Part shown: piece by piece, positions 1-9,909 of the stretch
How positions within the stretch are numbered: the stretch's first letter is position 1
How the letters are laid out: the number at the start of each line of letters is the position of its first letter
From: a virus
Taxonomy: Duplodnaviria > Caudoviricetes
Virus record (IMG/VR): IMGVR_UViG_3300046163_000011
Coordinates: 1-57,797 of that record
Direction: 5' to 3' (one strand)
Length of the DNA: 57,797 nucleotides
Notes under the pieces: model-generated
What the model saw: the letters and a program-made list of their open reading frames with translations, nothing else
Databases searched by the model: none
Told to the model about the DNA's origin: nothing
Translations under genes and position numbers: made by a program

Positions 1-2
1 CA

Positions 3-233
3 CGAAAGCAGACAGACGATGACCGTCTCAGAATGTTTGTGGTGGAGCAGTTAAAGAATGAGGCCATGTCAGCACAGTCTGATGGGGCAAGGGTGCAAGC
101 CCTCACTGCACTGGGCAGAACGTGTGGGGCATTCGAGGATAAGCAGGTTATTGAGGATAATCGGGACACTCGCCAAGCCTCAGAGGTCAGGGCAGAGTTA
201 GAACGCAGACTGGCGGCAATGATGGGCGGCTGA
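3..233 (+). CDS. Terminase small subunit, C-terminal part (5' truncated by window)
   Basis: Frame is open to the window edge. The C-terminal ARVQALTALGRTCGAFEDK resembles the TerS 'ALELLGK..GMF.DK' motif. Lies upstream of TerL. Confidence 0.6.
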   Translation, partial: RKQTDDDRLRMFVVEQLKNEAMSAQSDGARVQALTALGRTCGAFEDKQVIEDNRDTRQASEVRAELERRLAAMMGG

Positions 234-587
234 TCGTCACATGGCTAAAAACTGTCATAACAGTGGCTTATGGGGCGCGGCTAACGTGATACACGAGGGG
301 GAGACACCCCACCCACCCCCGACCCCCCTATATGCATGACCCACATACACACGCTGACTACATGATGTTCCACTCAACCGAATATCCCCCAGAAATCTTT
401 TCAGGCCCATGCACTGATAAAAACTGCCGTAGAAGCTCGTCAGAGGACTTTTGCATCAAATGTGTGATGACACTACCTGAAGTGGAGGAATGGCCCTCAC
501 TGACGCCTGAAGAGGCAGGAATGCTATCTTTAATAGTGTTTGATCGGAAAGTAGCGCTTTGGGAGCTATGGGAAGTGCTAAGTAGCC

Positions 588-776
588 CTACACAGCACTA
601 GCATTTAGTGGTTTGCAGATATAGTCAACTGTTTGCCAGTTCCCGTCTTGAGGTATGTTTTGATACTGCACTAGCATGTTAACGCATTCTTTCTCGGTAT
701 CGAACCACTGCACATCTTGTGTGCGGCATTCTCCGTTCATGCATACAGTCAGTAATATATGCCAAATAATTTTCAT
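588..776 (-). CDS. Small Cys-containing protein with hydrophobic N-terminus (start MKIIWHILL)
   Basis: Part of ORF 588..839; shares a Cys pattern with 28499..28702 and 29195..29401. Confidence 0.5.
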   Translation of the reverse strand: MKIIWHILLTVCMNGECRTQDVQWFDTEKECVNMLVQYQNIPQDGNWQTVDYICKPLNASAV

Positions 777-815
777 AGCCCCCCCCCATAGTGATTTTCT
801 GCTGTAGGGCGAATA

Positions 816-832
816 TTGTATCATACTACAAA
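816..832. promoter_or_regulatory. Palindrome TTGTA-N6-TACAA
   Basis: TTGTA TCATAC TACAAA; one of 11 perfect copies in the window. Confidence 0.7.
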
Positions 833-882
833 TCTTCAAAGAATAGAGGCTAGGAATCCTACCCCCATAGGAATATTTCCCT

Positions 883-928
883 ACTAGTTCTTCTAACTAG
901 TTATATATATATATACTACTATACTAGT
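883..928. repeat. AT-rich element with three ACTAGT palindromes (inverted homologue of 50100-50145)
   Basis: ACTAGT at 883, 896 and 923 flanking a (TA)n core. Confidence 0.75.
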
Positions 929-1048
929 TAGAGAGGCATTGATGCTATACACTAGCCCTGAGCCATTAGTCTCCCGATGGCTCCGAGAGGGGTTGAGCGA
1001 TTTCTCCACGCTCCCCCTTTCGTCATCTTTTTGGGGACAGGAGAAAAA

Positions 1049-1288
1049 ATGTCAAACAACATAATACAGTTCCCCGGCAAGGAGAAGCTGAACGATCTGG
1101 ACTTAGAGCCTAATGATATGCTAGAAGCAATCATGGAGGAAGTGGAGATGACCGAAGCTATGGTTATTGGCTGGACTAAAGATGGAAATCTTTTTCTTGG
1201 CACCTCTCATGGTAAGGCACCGGATATGTTGTTCTTGATGGAGCTTGCCAAGACTGTTCTGATTGACAGATGCATAAGCGATGATTGA
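1049..1288 (+). CDS. Hypothetical protein (start MSNNIIQFPG)
   Basis: GGAGA SD before ATG 1049; stop overlaps the TerL start. Confidence 0.7.
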   Translation: MSNNIIQFPGKEKLNDLDLEPNDMLEAIMEEVEMTEAMVIGWTKDGNLFLGTSHGKAPDMLFLMELAKTVLIDRCISDD

Positions 1289-2799
1289 TGTCAGCAATTG
1301 ATTCTGTAAAATCCAAGATATCTAAACTGCCACCGAAGCAACAAGAAGAGCTTTTAGCACTTTTTGCGGAGCTTGAAGAAGCGGAGAACGTAGAGAACTC
1401 CAGAATAGACTTTTTAACATTCGTAAGAAAAATGTGGCCTGCCTTTATACCGGGAGACACCACTCAATAATGGCTGACGCATTTGAGCGTGTGGCAAAGG
1501 GCGAACTAAAGCGTCTGATCATTAACATGCCACCTAGACATACAAAGTCTGAGTTTGCATCATATCTATTCCAGCTTGGTTTTTGGGCAAAATCCGGAAA
1601 AGAAAATAATCCAGACGGCACACACTGCTGAACTGGCAGTCGGGTTTGGTCGTAAGGTGCGTAACCTCATCGATCAGGAAGACTTCCAAAAAGTGTTTCC
1701 GGGCATAAACCTATCTTCCGACTCTAAAGCGGCTGGTAGATGGAACACAAACAAAAGAGGTGATTACTTTGCTATTGGTGTGGGCGGTGCCGTTACTGGT
1801 AAAGGTGCTGATGTACTCATTATTGACGATCCCCATTCGGAACAAGAGGCGGCATTGGGGGCTTACTCCCCAGAAGTCTACGACAAAGTATACGAATGGT
1901 ACACATCTGGGCCGCGACAGAGACTCCAGCCGGGCGGAGCCATAATAATTGTGATGACTCGCTGGAGTGTCAGAGACTTGACGGGCCAGATAGTCAAATC
2001 ATCCACCCAAAGAGAGGGCGTAGATGAGTGGGAAGTTATAGAACTACCAGCAATTATGCCGTCTGGGGATCCTTTGTGGCCCCAATTCTGGCCCTTAGAG
2101 CAGTTGGAGTCACTAAAAGCCGAACTTCCCATATCAAAATGGTCTGCTCAGTACCAACAAGACCCAACTTCAGAGGAAGGTGCGCTAATTAAGCGCGAAT
2201 GGTGGAAAGAATGGGAGAATAGTAGCCCGCCAGCCTGCGAAGCCATCATTCAAAGTTGGGATACGGCGTTTTTGAAGACGCAAAGAGCAGATTATAGCGC
2301 TTGCACCACTTGGGGAATCTTCAATTACCCAAATGAAACTGGCGAAACAGTGCCTAATCTGATACTCTTGGATGCATACAAGGAAAAATTGGAGTTTCCA
2401 GAGCTAAAAAGGGCCGCATACGAAAAATATTGGGAATTTGAGCCAGATCAGATGATTGTTGAAGCGAAAGCCGCTGGTTCCCCCTTGATTTTCGAGCTTA
2501 GGGCTATGGGAATACCCGTAACAGAGTTTACGCCGTCTAGGGGACAGGACAAAATTGCCAGAGTTAACGCAGTCACAGACTTATTCGCATCTGGGGTCGT
2601 TTGGTGTCCACCAACCAGATGGGCTGAGGAAGTTGTTGAAGAGTGCGCGGCATTTCCCGCTGGAGAAAATGACGATCTCGTTGACTCTACAACACAAGCA
2701 CTACTCCGCTTTCGACAAGGGGGGTGGATACGAAGTGCGATGGACGACTGGGATGATGAACCACAACTCTACAGAAGAGCAAAAGCAGAATACTACTAG
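1288..2799 (+). CDS. terL: Terminase large subunit (apparent frameshifts near 1453, 1571 and 1590)
   Basis: Walker A-like INMPPRHTKS, Walker B LIIDDP, VMTRW, and nuclease motifs SWDTA and DDLVDS. Restoring three single bases in homopolymers joins ORFs 1285/1434/1555 into ...FIPGRHH...SYLFPAWFLGKNPEKK. Confidence 0.92.
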
Positions 2800-2940
2800 C
2801 GTGGTAGTTAGGTATGTTATTCACTCTGAAGTAGAGCATTACAAGCAGATGGGGTGGAAGCTGGGAAATGATCTCAGCCACTGCCATCATGGGCAATATG
2901 CTGTTATCATGCAAAAGGGCAACTTTTAAGGTATTTTATT

Positions 2941-5385
2941 ATGGCTGTAGAAAAACAAATTGAACCGTCTCCGCTAGAGGCTGATGATGACGTAGGCCAA
3001 GTTCAGGTCGAAATAGTTAACCCAGATGCCGTTTCTATTCAGGATGAAGAAGGTGGCATGATCATCGACTTTACTGGTGATATCGTAGAAGATATCGTGG
3101 GGCCAGCGCATGATGATAATCTAGCAGAGTACATCGAAGAAGACGAATTGATGTCTATGGCCTCGGAGATTATCCACGATTTTAATACAGACCGTAACTC
3201 AAGATCTGACTGGGCTAGCGCCTATGTCAAAGGACTTGATCTTATGGGAATGAAAATAGAAGAAAGAACACAACCTTGGCAGGGTGCCGCAGGCGTGTTC
3301 CATCCAGTTATGACTGAGGCTGTTGTAAGATTCCAAGCACAAGCAATGGGGGAGTTGTTTCCTGCGTCTGGGCCTGTCAGGACTAAGGTTCTTGGGGAGA
3401 AGAAGAAAGAGAAGATTGATCAGGCAAAACGCATAGAAGATGAAATGAATTATCTTCTAACGGAAGAGATGACTGAGTACAGAGATGAAACGGAGTCTAT
3501 GCTGTTCCGTCTTCCTCTTGCCGGATCTTCTTTCAAAAAAGTTTATTATGACCCGCTTCTAGAGCGCCCAGTTTCCATGTTCGTTCCTGCTGAAGATTTT
3601 GTAGTATCCTACGGATGTTCAGATCTGGCTACATCACCCCGTTACACTCACGTTATGAAAAGAACAGCCAATGAAGTTGCGGAACTTCAGGTAAATGGTT
3701 TTTACCGTGACGTTGATCTTCCCGCACCCGAACCAGATTATTCTGATATTCAAGAAAAGTATGATGAGATTGAAGGCGAAACAACCACACTAGAGGACGA
3801 TGATCGCCACACCATTCTTGAAGTTCATATTGATATTGATCTTCCAGAGCCGTTTGAAGATAGTGACGGGCTTGCTAGGCCACACATTATTTCAATAGAT
3901 AAGTCATCCTCTACAATTTTATCAATTAGGAGAAATTGGTATGAGGACGATATTAAGAAGCGTAAAAGACTCCACTTTGTTCACTACCGCTACTTACCGG
4001 GACTTGGGTTCTATGGAACGGGTCTTATTCATCTTATTGGTGGTCTTGCTAAAAGTGCCACAAGTATTCTTCGTCAACTTATTGATGCGGGTACGCTCTC
4101 TAATCTCCCCGCTGGTCTTAAAGCTCGCGGATTGCGTATTAAAGGGGACGATTCGCCTCTCATGCCGGGCGAGTTCCGTGATGTGGACGTACCGGGGGGT
4201 GCAATTAGGGATTCGATTGCATTCCTTCCTTACAAGGAGCCATCATCAGTATTATATCAATTGCTCGGAAACATTGTGGAAGAGGGGCGAAGGATTGGCT
4301 CCGTTGCTGATGTGCAAGTTGGAAACCTCAACCCGCAAGCTCCAGTCGGAACTACGCTCGCGTTGATGGAACGTAGCATGAAGGTTATGTCTGGTGTTCA
4401 GGCAAGGCTTCACGCTTCTTTGAAAAACGAACTTCGCTTATTATCAAAGGTTATAAAAGATAATATGTCTGAAGATTATCTTTATGACATGGATAGCGAG
4501 TTTAACCGTCAGGAAGATTTTGACGACAGAATTGATGTTATTCCTGTGTCAGATCCAAACGCGGCGACAATGGCTCAAAGAGTTGTTCAGTATCAAGCCG
4601 CAATGCAATTAGCACAACAGGCACCACAGCTTTACGATATGGGAAAAATACATCGTCAGATGCTAGAGGTTCTTGGAATCAAAGATGCTGATGAGATTAT
4701 TAAGTTGCCTGAAGATATAGCGCCGAAAGATCCTGTATCAGAAAATATGGCTATTCTAAAACAAGAGCCAGTAAAGGCCTTCAAGTATCAGGATCACGAA
4801 GCGCATATAGCTGTGCATATGTCAGCAATGCAAGATCCAAAGCTACAAGAGATTGTCGGTCAGTCACCTTTCGCGTCAGTTATTCAGAACGCTATGTCGG
4901 CTCACATTACTGAGCATATTGCATTCCAGTACCGCCGTGAAATTGAGAAACAACTTGGTGTAGAGTTGCCTGATGAAGATCAGCCAATCCCAGAAGATGT
5001 AGAAGAACAAATCTCTAAGATGTCAAAAGACGCCGCAGAGAAGTTGCTTGGCAAGAATCAAGCAGAGCAACAACAGCAACAGGCTCAACAACAACAACAA
5101 GATCCTGTGGTTCAGATGCAACAGCGTGAACTGGCTATAAAAGAACAGGAGCTTCAGCATAAGATTGCTATGGATATGGCAAGGCTGGATCAGCAAGAGG
5201 TTAAAGATGCCGCGAACATGGCTCTACAGAAAACCCGTCTTGAGTCAGAAGAAAAGCGTGAAGGCGCTAGACTTGGGTTGAAAGCGGCAACTGAGCTTGA
5301 TAAAGAAGAGCGTAAGGATAAAAGAGAAGGGGCCAAAATTGGTCTTGATATAGCACGGGAGATGACTGTAAATGAGGATGAGTGA
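2941..5385 (+). CDS. Portal protein
   Basis: 814 aa directly after TerL. P22-like portal features (FKKVYYD, GFYGTGLIHL) and a Gln-rich coiled-coil C-terminus. Confidence 0.85.
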   Translation: MAVEKQIEPSPLEADDDVGQVQVEIVNPDAVSIQDEEGGMIIDFTGDIVEDIVGPAHDDNLAEYIEEDELMSMASEIIHDFNTDRNSRSDWASAYVKGLDLMGMKIEERTQPWQGAAGVFHPVMTEAVVRFQAQAMGELFPASGPVRTKVLGEKKKEKIDQAKRIEDEMNYLLTEEMTEYRDETESMLFRLPLAGSSFKKVYYDPLLERPVSMFVPAEDFVVSYGCSDLATSPRYTHVMKRTANEVAELQVNGFYRDVDLPAPEPDYSDIQEKYDEIEGETTTLEDDDRHTILEVHIDIDLPEPFEDSDGLARPHIISIDKSSSTILSIRRNWYEDDIKKRKRLHFVHYRYLPGLGFYGTGLIHLIGGLAKSATSILRQLIDAGTLSNLPAGLKARGLRIKGDDSPLMPGEFRDVDVPGGAIRDSIAFLPYKEPSSVLYQLLGNIVEEGRRIGSVADVQVGNLNPQAPVGTTLALMERSMKVMSGVQARLHASLKNELRLLSKVIKDNMSEDYLYDMDSEFNRQEDFDDRIDVIPVSDPNAATMAQRVVQYQAAMQLAQQAPQLYDMGKIHRQMLEVLGIKDADEIIKLPEDIAPKDPVSENMAILKQEPVKAFKYQDHEAHIAVHMSAMQDPKLQEIVGQSPFASVIQNAMSAHITEHIAFQYRREIEKQLGVELPDEDQPIPEDVEEQISKMSKDAAEKLLGKNQAEQQQQQAQQQQQDPVVQMQQRELAIKEQELQHKIAMDMARLDQQEVKDAANMALQKTRLESEEKREGARLGLKAATELDKEERKDKREGAKIGLDIAREMTVNEDE

Positions 5386-5569
5386 ACAATCCATGTTTAA
5401 ACCCTTTAAGGATAAAATAAGGGGTTACATGAATGATATAGCCGATCACATGGCTGGCGGAGGATGCGCTGATCATGAAGAATACATTAGATTAGTCGGT
5501 AAGGTTGAGGCTCTAGCGTTGCTAGAAAGAGACTTAATTGACTACGAAGAGCGATTTATACAGGAGTAG
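5378..5569 (+). CDS. Small hypothetical protein of the head module
   Basis: Coupled to the portal stop; helical, about 63 aa. Confidence 0.6.
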   Translation: MSEQSMFKPFKDKIRGYMNDIADHMAGGGCADHEEYIRLVGKVEALALLERDLIDYEERFIQE

Positions 5570-5675
5570 GGCTTCCGAACTCTATTTTCTTAGTGTATCT
5601 TATCGTAAGTGGAGAACAACTGGGACAAGCCCAGCAAGGTACTGTGAGCCTTATATCACTGCAAAAGGAACAGAA

Positions 5676-6044
5676 ATGTATTCTGCAAAAAAGGAAGTCG
5701 ATCAACAGGTCGCAACTAAAATACCAGAACCTACTGGTTACAAGCTCTTGATTAAACCACTTGATGTAAAAGAAAAGACTGATGGCGGCATCTATATGCC
5801 AGACGCTCTAAAGAGCGCAGAGCAAACAGCTTCCGTTATTGGCTTTGTCGTTAAAGCAGGCCCAGATGCTTATGGAGACTCTGATAAGTTTCCTTCAGGG
5901 GCTTACTGCAAAGAAGGCGATTTTGTAATCTTTCGATCTTATTCGGGAACCCGATTTAAGGTGGAGAAGCAGGAATTTCGTCTGATTAACGATGACACTG
6001 TTGAAGCAGTTGTCGAAGATCCTAGGGGGTATGCAAGAGCATGA
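5676..6044 (+). CDS. groES: GroES/Cpn10-like co-chaperonin
   Basis: PTGYKLLIKP..EKTDGGIYMP..GFVVKAGP..KEGDFVIF..YSGT..FRLINDDTVEAVV matches the Cpn10 pattern. True start ATG 5676 follows AAGGA. Confidence 0.88.
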   Translation: MYSAKKEVDQQVATKIPEPTGYKLLIKPLDVKEKTDGGIYMPDALKSAEQTASVIGFVVKAGPDAYGDSDKFPSGAYCKEGDFVIFRSYSGTRFKVEKQEFRLINDDTVEAVVEDPRGYARA

Positions 6045-6970
6045 ATAACCAAGCGCTAAAAGAAGAAGTTGAATTAGAAGAAACTTCTGAACTTGAAATA
6101 GATATTATTGAGGACGTTCCTGAGCAGGAAAAGCCTCGCAGACCTGAAGGCACAGAGCCTCAAATTCCTGACGATGATGAAGTCGCTAACTATAGTGAAG
6201 GTGTGCAAAAGCGCATTAAACAGTTGCGGTTTGAGTATCATGAGGAAGAAAGGCGCAAAAAAGAAGCTGTTCGTCTACAAGACGAGGCAGTGAATTACGC
6301 CAAGACCCTTCAGGAAGAAAATGAAAAGCTACGCAAAACCCTTGAAGAGGGTGAGGGTATGCTGGTTAATCAAGCCAAAACTCGCGTTGAAGCTCAGATG
6401 GAGCAGGCGAAGCGAGACTATAAAGAGGCTTATGAGACTGGTGATCCTGACGCGATCATAGCGGCTCAAGAAAAGCTAACCAACCTTAATCTGGAGAAGA
6501 ACAAGGTTGAAAGCTATAAAGTTCCAAAGCGCCAAGCTCCGGAAAAAGCTCCTGTCATGGAGACAAAAGCAGAAGAAGCGCCTCAAGTAAGGGAGCCTGA
6601 TGCAAAAACAAAAGCATGGGCTGATGAGAACCCTTGGTTCGGTGATGATTCTGAAATGACAGGATACGCATTTGGCGTACATGAAAAATTAGTCAAGCAA
6701 GGACTGAACCCTCAGACCCAATCTGACGATTATTATAAGGCGATTGACGAGTCTATGCGTCAGCGCTTTCCAGACAAGTTTGATGTGCAAGAAGTTGAGG
6801 AAGCACCTGTACGTCAAACTGGTTCCGTGGTTGCCCCCGCTACTAGGAGTGCAAAAAAACCACGCAAGGTGCAACTGACCTCAACGGCTGTCGCTCTCGC
6901 CAAGCGATTGGGCCTAACCCCAGAGCAATATGCGGCGCAACTTATGAAGGAGCAATCCAATGCCAGATAG
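6041..6970 (+). CDS. Putative capsid scaffolding protein
   Basis: Acidic coiled-coil between portal and capsid genes; WADENPWF motif and basic C-terminal helix. Confidence 0.65.
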   Translation: MNNQALKEEVELEETSELEIDIIEDVPEQEKPRRPEGTEPQIPDDDEVANYSEGVQKRIKQLRFEYHEEERRKKEAVRLQDEAVNYAKTLQEENEKLRKTLEEGEGMLVNQAKTRVEAQMEQAKRDYKEAYETGDPDAIIAAQEKLTNLNLEKNKVESYKVPKRQAPEKAPVMETKAEEAPQVREPDAKTKAWADENPWFGDDSEMTGYAFGVHEKLVKQGLNPQTQSDDYYKAIDESMRQRFPDKFDVQEVEEAPVRQTGSVVAPATRSAKKPRKVQLTSTAVALAKRLGLTPEQYAAQLMKEQSNAR

Positions 6971-7403
6971 ATCAAACCGTCAGTCTAAAACCCGTGAAAC
7001 CACGGAGCGCAAAAAAACTTGGACTCGGCAGTCTATGTTGCCCACACCCGATCCTAAAGATGGTACTGAGTACCGCTGGATCCGCACATCAACCCTTGGT
7101 AATGCAGACAATACGAATGTATCTTCCAAGTTTCGTGAGGGCTGGACACCTGTTAAGTCAGAGGATCATCCTGAATTAAAAGTTATGTCAGACATTGACT
7201 CTCGTTTTGAGGGGAATGTTGAGGTTGGGGGTTTGCTACTTTGCGAAAACTCAACCGAATACGTTGAGTCACGGCGCGAAGCGCACGATGGCATGAACGC
7301 AAATCAAATGGATTCTGTAGATAACAACTATCTACGTCAATCGGATCCTCGTATGCCGCTTCTAAATCCAGAACGGTCTACAAAAACTTCGTTTGGTAAG
7401 TGA
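6960..7403 (+). CDS. Head-module hypothetical protein
   Basis: 147 aa in the head operon (YRWIR..GWTPV motif); SD AAGGAG. Confidence 0.65.
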   Translation: MPDRSNRQSKTRETTERKKTWTRQSMLPTPDPKDGTEYRWIRTSTLGNADNTNVSSKFREGWTPVKSEDHPELKVMSDIDSRFEGNVEVGGLLLCENSTEYVESRREAHDGMNANQMDSVDNNYLRQSDPRMPLLNPERSTKTSFGK

Positions 7404-7459
7404 TCTCTTTTAGGGGCGCTTACTGTAATTTAATGGCTTAGAATTGAAGGAGAGATGAT

Positions 7460-8056
7460 ATGTCTTCAGTAGCCGCTCCCTTTGGTCTGCGCCCGATTGG
7501 TCGCCACGACACTGGTTCTTTGGAAGTATTCCGCCAGTTTCCTATCGCATCAGGTTATGCAACTAATATCGCAATGGGCGATATTGTGCAACTTGTTGAC
7601 GGTGGCACGGCAACAACAATCGAAAAGCAGTCCGCAGTAGGAACTTCAGCAATAGACCTAGTAGGTGTGTTTATTGGCTGTAAGTTTACAGACCCTAATA
7701 CAAAGCAAATGACTTTTTCTCAGCTTTGGCCCGCATCAACTGTTGCGTCTGACGCAATGGCATATGTGGTAGATGACCCGAATGTTCTGTTTGAAATTCA
7801 AGCAGACGGTGCGCCTACAAACGTAGGTGACATTTACGGCAAAAACTGCACTCTTATCCAGACAGCCCCTAACACTGATCTAAAAATCAGTCGTGTGGCA
7901 TTGGACATTTCTGAACTTGCTACAACCGCTACAGATCCAATCAAAGTGATTGATTACAAAGGTGGCGATCAAGGTGACGAAAAAGGTTCCGGTTTCCCGA
8001 TTCTGGTTTGTAAGTTCAACTACCACCAGCTGACAACAGCGGCTGGCGCGGCATAA
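7460..8056 (+). CDS. Putative capsid decoration/minor capsid protein
   Basis: 198 aa, beta-rich, directly upstream of the major capsid gene; strong SD. Confidence 0.55.
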   Translation: MSSVAAPFGLRPIGRHDTGSLEVFRQFPIASGYATNIAMGDIVQLVDGGTATTIEKQSAVGTSAIDLVGVFIGCKFTDPNTKQMTFSQLWPASTVASDAMAYVVDDPNVLFEIQADGAPTNVGDIYGKNCTLIQTAPNTDLKISRVALDISELATTATDPIKVIDYKGGDQGDEKGSGFPILVCKFNYHQLTTAAGAA

Positions 8057-8068
8057 GGAGTGTAAACA

Positions 8069-8974
8069 ATGGCTATTTCTCGCGCACAACTCCTGAAGGA
8101 ACTTTTGCCCGGTCTAAACGCACTGTTTGGTTTGGAGTACGACAAGTACGAAAACGAACATGCAGAAATCTATGAAACTGAGACATCAGAGCGTAGCTTC
8201 GAGGAAGAAGTTAAGCTGTCAGGTTTCGGTGCCGCTCCGGTAAAGCCGGAAGGTTCAGCGATTTCCTATGACAATGCACAGGAATCCTTCACTGCTCGTT
8301 ACAACCATGAAACGGTTGCAATGGGTTTCTCTGTAACTGAAGAAGCAATGGAAGATAACCTATATGACGCGCTTTCAGCACGTTATACTAAGGCTCTTGC
8401 TCGCGCTATGGCTTACACAAAGCAAGTCAAAGCCGCTTCTCTATTAAACAACGGCTTCACCACTTTCCAGTCTGGCGATGGTGTAACCCTGTTTAATGCT
8501 AATCACCCAACTGTACAAGGCGGCAACAATGCAAACCGTCCAGCAGTTGCGGCTGATTTGAACGAAACATCTCTAGAAGATGCAGTTATCAACATTGCGG
8601 CTTATGTCGATGAGCGTGGTCTTTTGATCGCGGCTCGCCCACAGAAGCTAATTGTTCCGCCTGCACTGATGTTTGTTGCAACTCGTTTGCTTCAGACTGA
8701 TGGTCGTGTCGGTACTGCTGATAACGACATCAACGCTCTTCGTTCAAACGGTTCGATCCCAGAAGGCTTCTCAGTCAACCACTACCTGACTGACACAGAC
8801 GCCTTCTTCTTGACAACTGACGTTCCAAACGGCATGAAGCACTTTGTCCGTACAGCAATGGCAACATCTATGGATGGTGACTTTGACACAGGCAATGTTC
8901 GCTACAAGGCCCGTGAGCGTTACAGCTTTGGCGTTTCAGATCCACTAGGCATTTACGGCTCACCGGGCGCGTAA
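8069..8974 (+). CDS. Major capsid protein
   Basis: 301 aa with Mu gpT-like capsid motifs (GFSVTEEAMEDNLY, LIVPPAL, RERYSFG); strong SD AAGGAG; followed by a terminator. Confidence 0.88.
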   Translation: MAISRAQLLKELLPGLNALFGLEYDKYENEHAEIYETETSERSFEEEVKLSGFGAAPVKPEGSAISYDNAQESFTARYNHETVAMGFSVTEEAMEDNLYDALSARYTKALARAMAYTKQVKAASLLNNGFTTFQSGDGVTLFNANHPTVQGGNNANRPAVAADLNETSLEDAVINIAAYVDERGLLIAARPQKLIVPPALMFVATRLLQTDGRVGTADNDINALRSNGSIPEGFSVNHYLTDTDAFFLTTDVPNGMKHFVRTAMATSMDGDFDTGNVRYKARERYSFGVSDPLGIYGSPGA

Positions 8975-8975
8975 A

Positions 8976-8992
8976 TTGTACTATGGTACAAA
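8976..8992. promoter_or_regulatory. Palindrome TTGTA-N6-TACAA
   Basis: TTGTA CTATGG TACAAA immediately after the capsid stop codon. Confidence 0.7.
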
Positions 8993-9001
8993 CTTTTGCG
9001 A

Positions 9002-9029
9002 GGGCGGCTTTCGGGTCGCCCTTTCTTTT
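9002..9029 (+). terminator. Intrinsic terminator after the major capsid gene
   Basis: GGGCGGC-tttcgg-GTCGCCC hairpin followed by TTTCTTTT. Confidence 0.8.
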
Positions 9030-9037
9030 GTTATAAT
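9029..9037 (+). promoter_or_regulatory. Extended -10 promoter (TGnTATAAT)
   Basis: TGTTATAAT just after the terminator, upstream of gene 9098. Confidence 0.5.
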
Positions 9038-9097
9038 GATTTAGAACCTTGACAGTCACATGGTGTGGCTGACATTTGCCAAGACAAGGAGTTCCTC

Positions 9098-9325
9098 ATG
9101 GCTAACACTACCTTTTCGGGGCCGATTATTTCTACTAACGGCTTCCAATCTACTGGCATAGCATTTGCCGATCTTCCCGCCGCATCAACCACAACAGGTC
9201 GTATCATCTTCTGCTCTGACGCTCGCAAAGCGGCTGAGGGCGCTGGCAATGGTACTGGAAATCTTGTGTTTTCTGATGGCACCAACTACATCCGCGTAGA
9301 CACAGGCGCAACAGCAACCGCTTAA
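9098..9325 (+). CDS. Small virion-associated protein (start MANTTFSGP)
   Basis: SD AAGGAG before ATG 9098; Ala/Gly/Thr-rich. Confidence 0.65.
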   Translation: MANTTFSGPIISTNGFQSTGIAFADLPAASTTTGRIIFCSDARKAAEGAGNGTGNLVFSDGTNYIRVDTGATATA

Positions 9326-9337
9326 TGGGAGGCTGTT

Positions 9338-9616
9338 ATGGCTGATGTAAAAGCATATAATCACGCACAAGGCGCGGCGGCGGCTCTAGTGGGGCCGTCC
9401 AGATCTAGGATCAAAGGCATTCTTGTTTACGCTACTGCGGTGACAGCCTTTACTCTCAAAGACGGTAGCGCAACTGGCGAAACTCTTCTTGATATCACTA
9501 TTGCGGCTGGCTGGAATGATGTTTTTCTTCCAGATGACGGTATTTTGGCTAGCAATGGTGTTTATGTTCATGCCTTAACTGGCTCTGGAAGCAAATTAAC
9601 TTTATTGTTGGGTTAA
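9338..9616 (+). CDS. Small putative structural protein
   Basis: 92 aa, beta-rich; SD GGAGG. Confidence 0.65.
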   Translation: MADVKAYNHAQGAAAALVGPSRSRIKGILVYATAVTAFTLKDGSATGETLLDITIAAGWNDVFLPDDGILASNGVYVHALTGSGSKLTLLLG

Positions 9617-9617
9617 T

Positions 9618-9909
9618 ATGCCTAGGAAAAAAGAAACGCCAATAAAGACCTCTGTGAAGTCTGGGAACTTCCGCGCTACAAAAAAGGGCGCGGGAATGAC
9701 CAAAAAGGGTGTTGCCGCTTATCGTAAAGCAAACCCCGGTAGCAAGCTAAAGACAGCAGTTACAGGAACCGTAAAAAAAGGGTAGCAAAGCGGCAAAGCG
9801 CCGTAAGTCCTTTTGTGCGCGTTCTGCTGGTCAAATGAAAAAGTTTCCTAAAGCGGCTAAAGATCCAAATAGTCGTTTAAGGCAGGCTAGAAAAAGATGG
9901 AAGTGCTGA
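9618..9909 (+). CDS. Basic protein, DUF6321-like (apparent extra base near the A-run at about 9773-9783); absent from the ORF track
   Basis: MPRKKETPIK...GMTKKGVAAYRKANPGSKLKTAVTG continues in the next frame as SKAAKRRKSFCARSAGQM...DPNSRLRQARKRWKC*. Confidence 0.7.

Noticed and set aside
332-601. 89-aa ORF between terS and terL
   Set aside because: No clear RBS or recognisable motif; at most a shorter Cys-containing ORF inside it may be real.
1440-1600. TerL split over three ORFs (programmed frameshift, intron or pseudogene?)
   Set aside because: Three single-base losses in G, C and A homopolymers restore a normal essential protein. This is most consistent with long-read consensus errors; raw reads would settle it.
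9770-9786. Possible programmed frameshift at AAAAAAAGGG
   Set aside because: A single extra base in a homopolymer, the same error pattern as elsewhere in the window.
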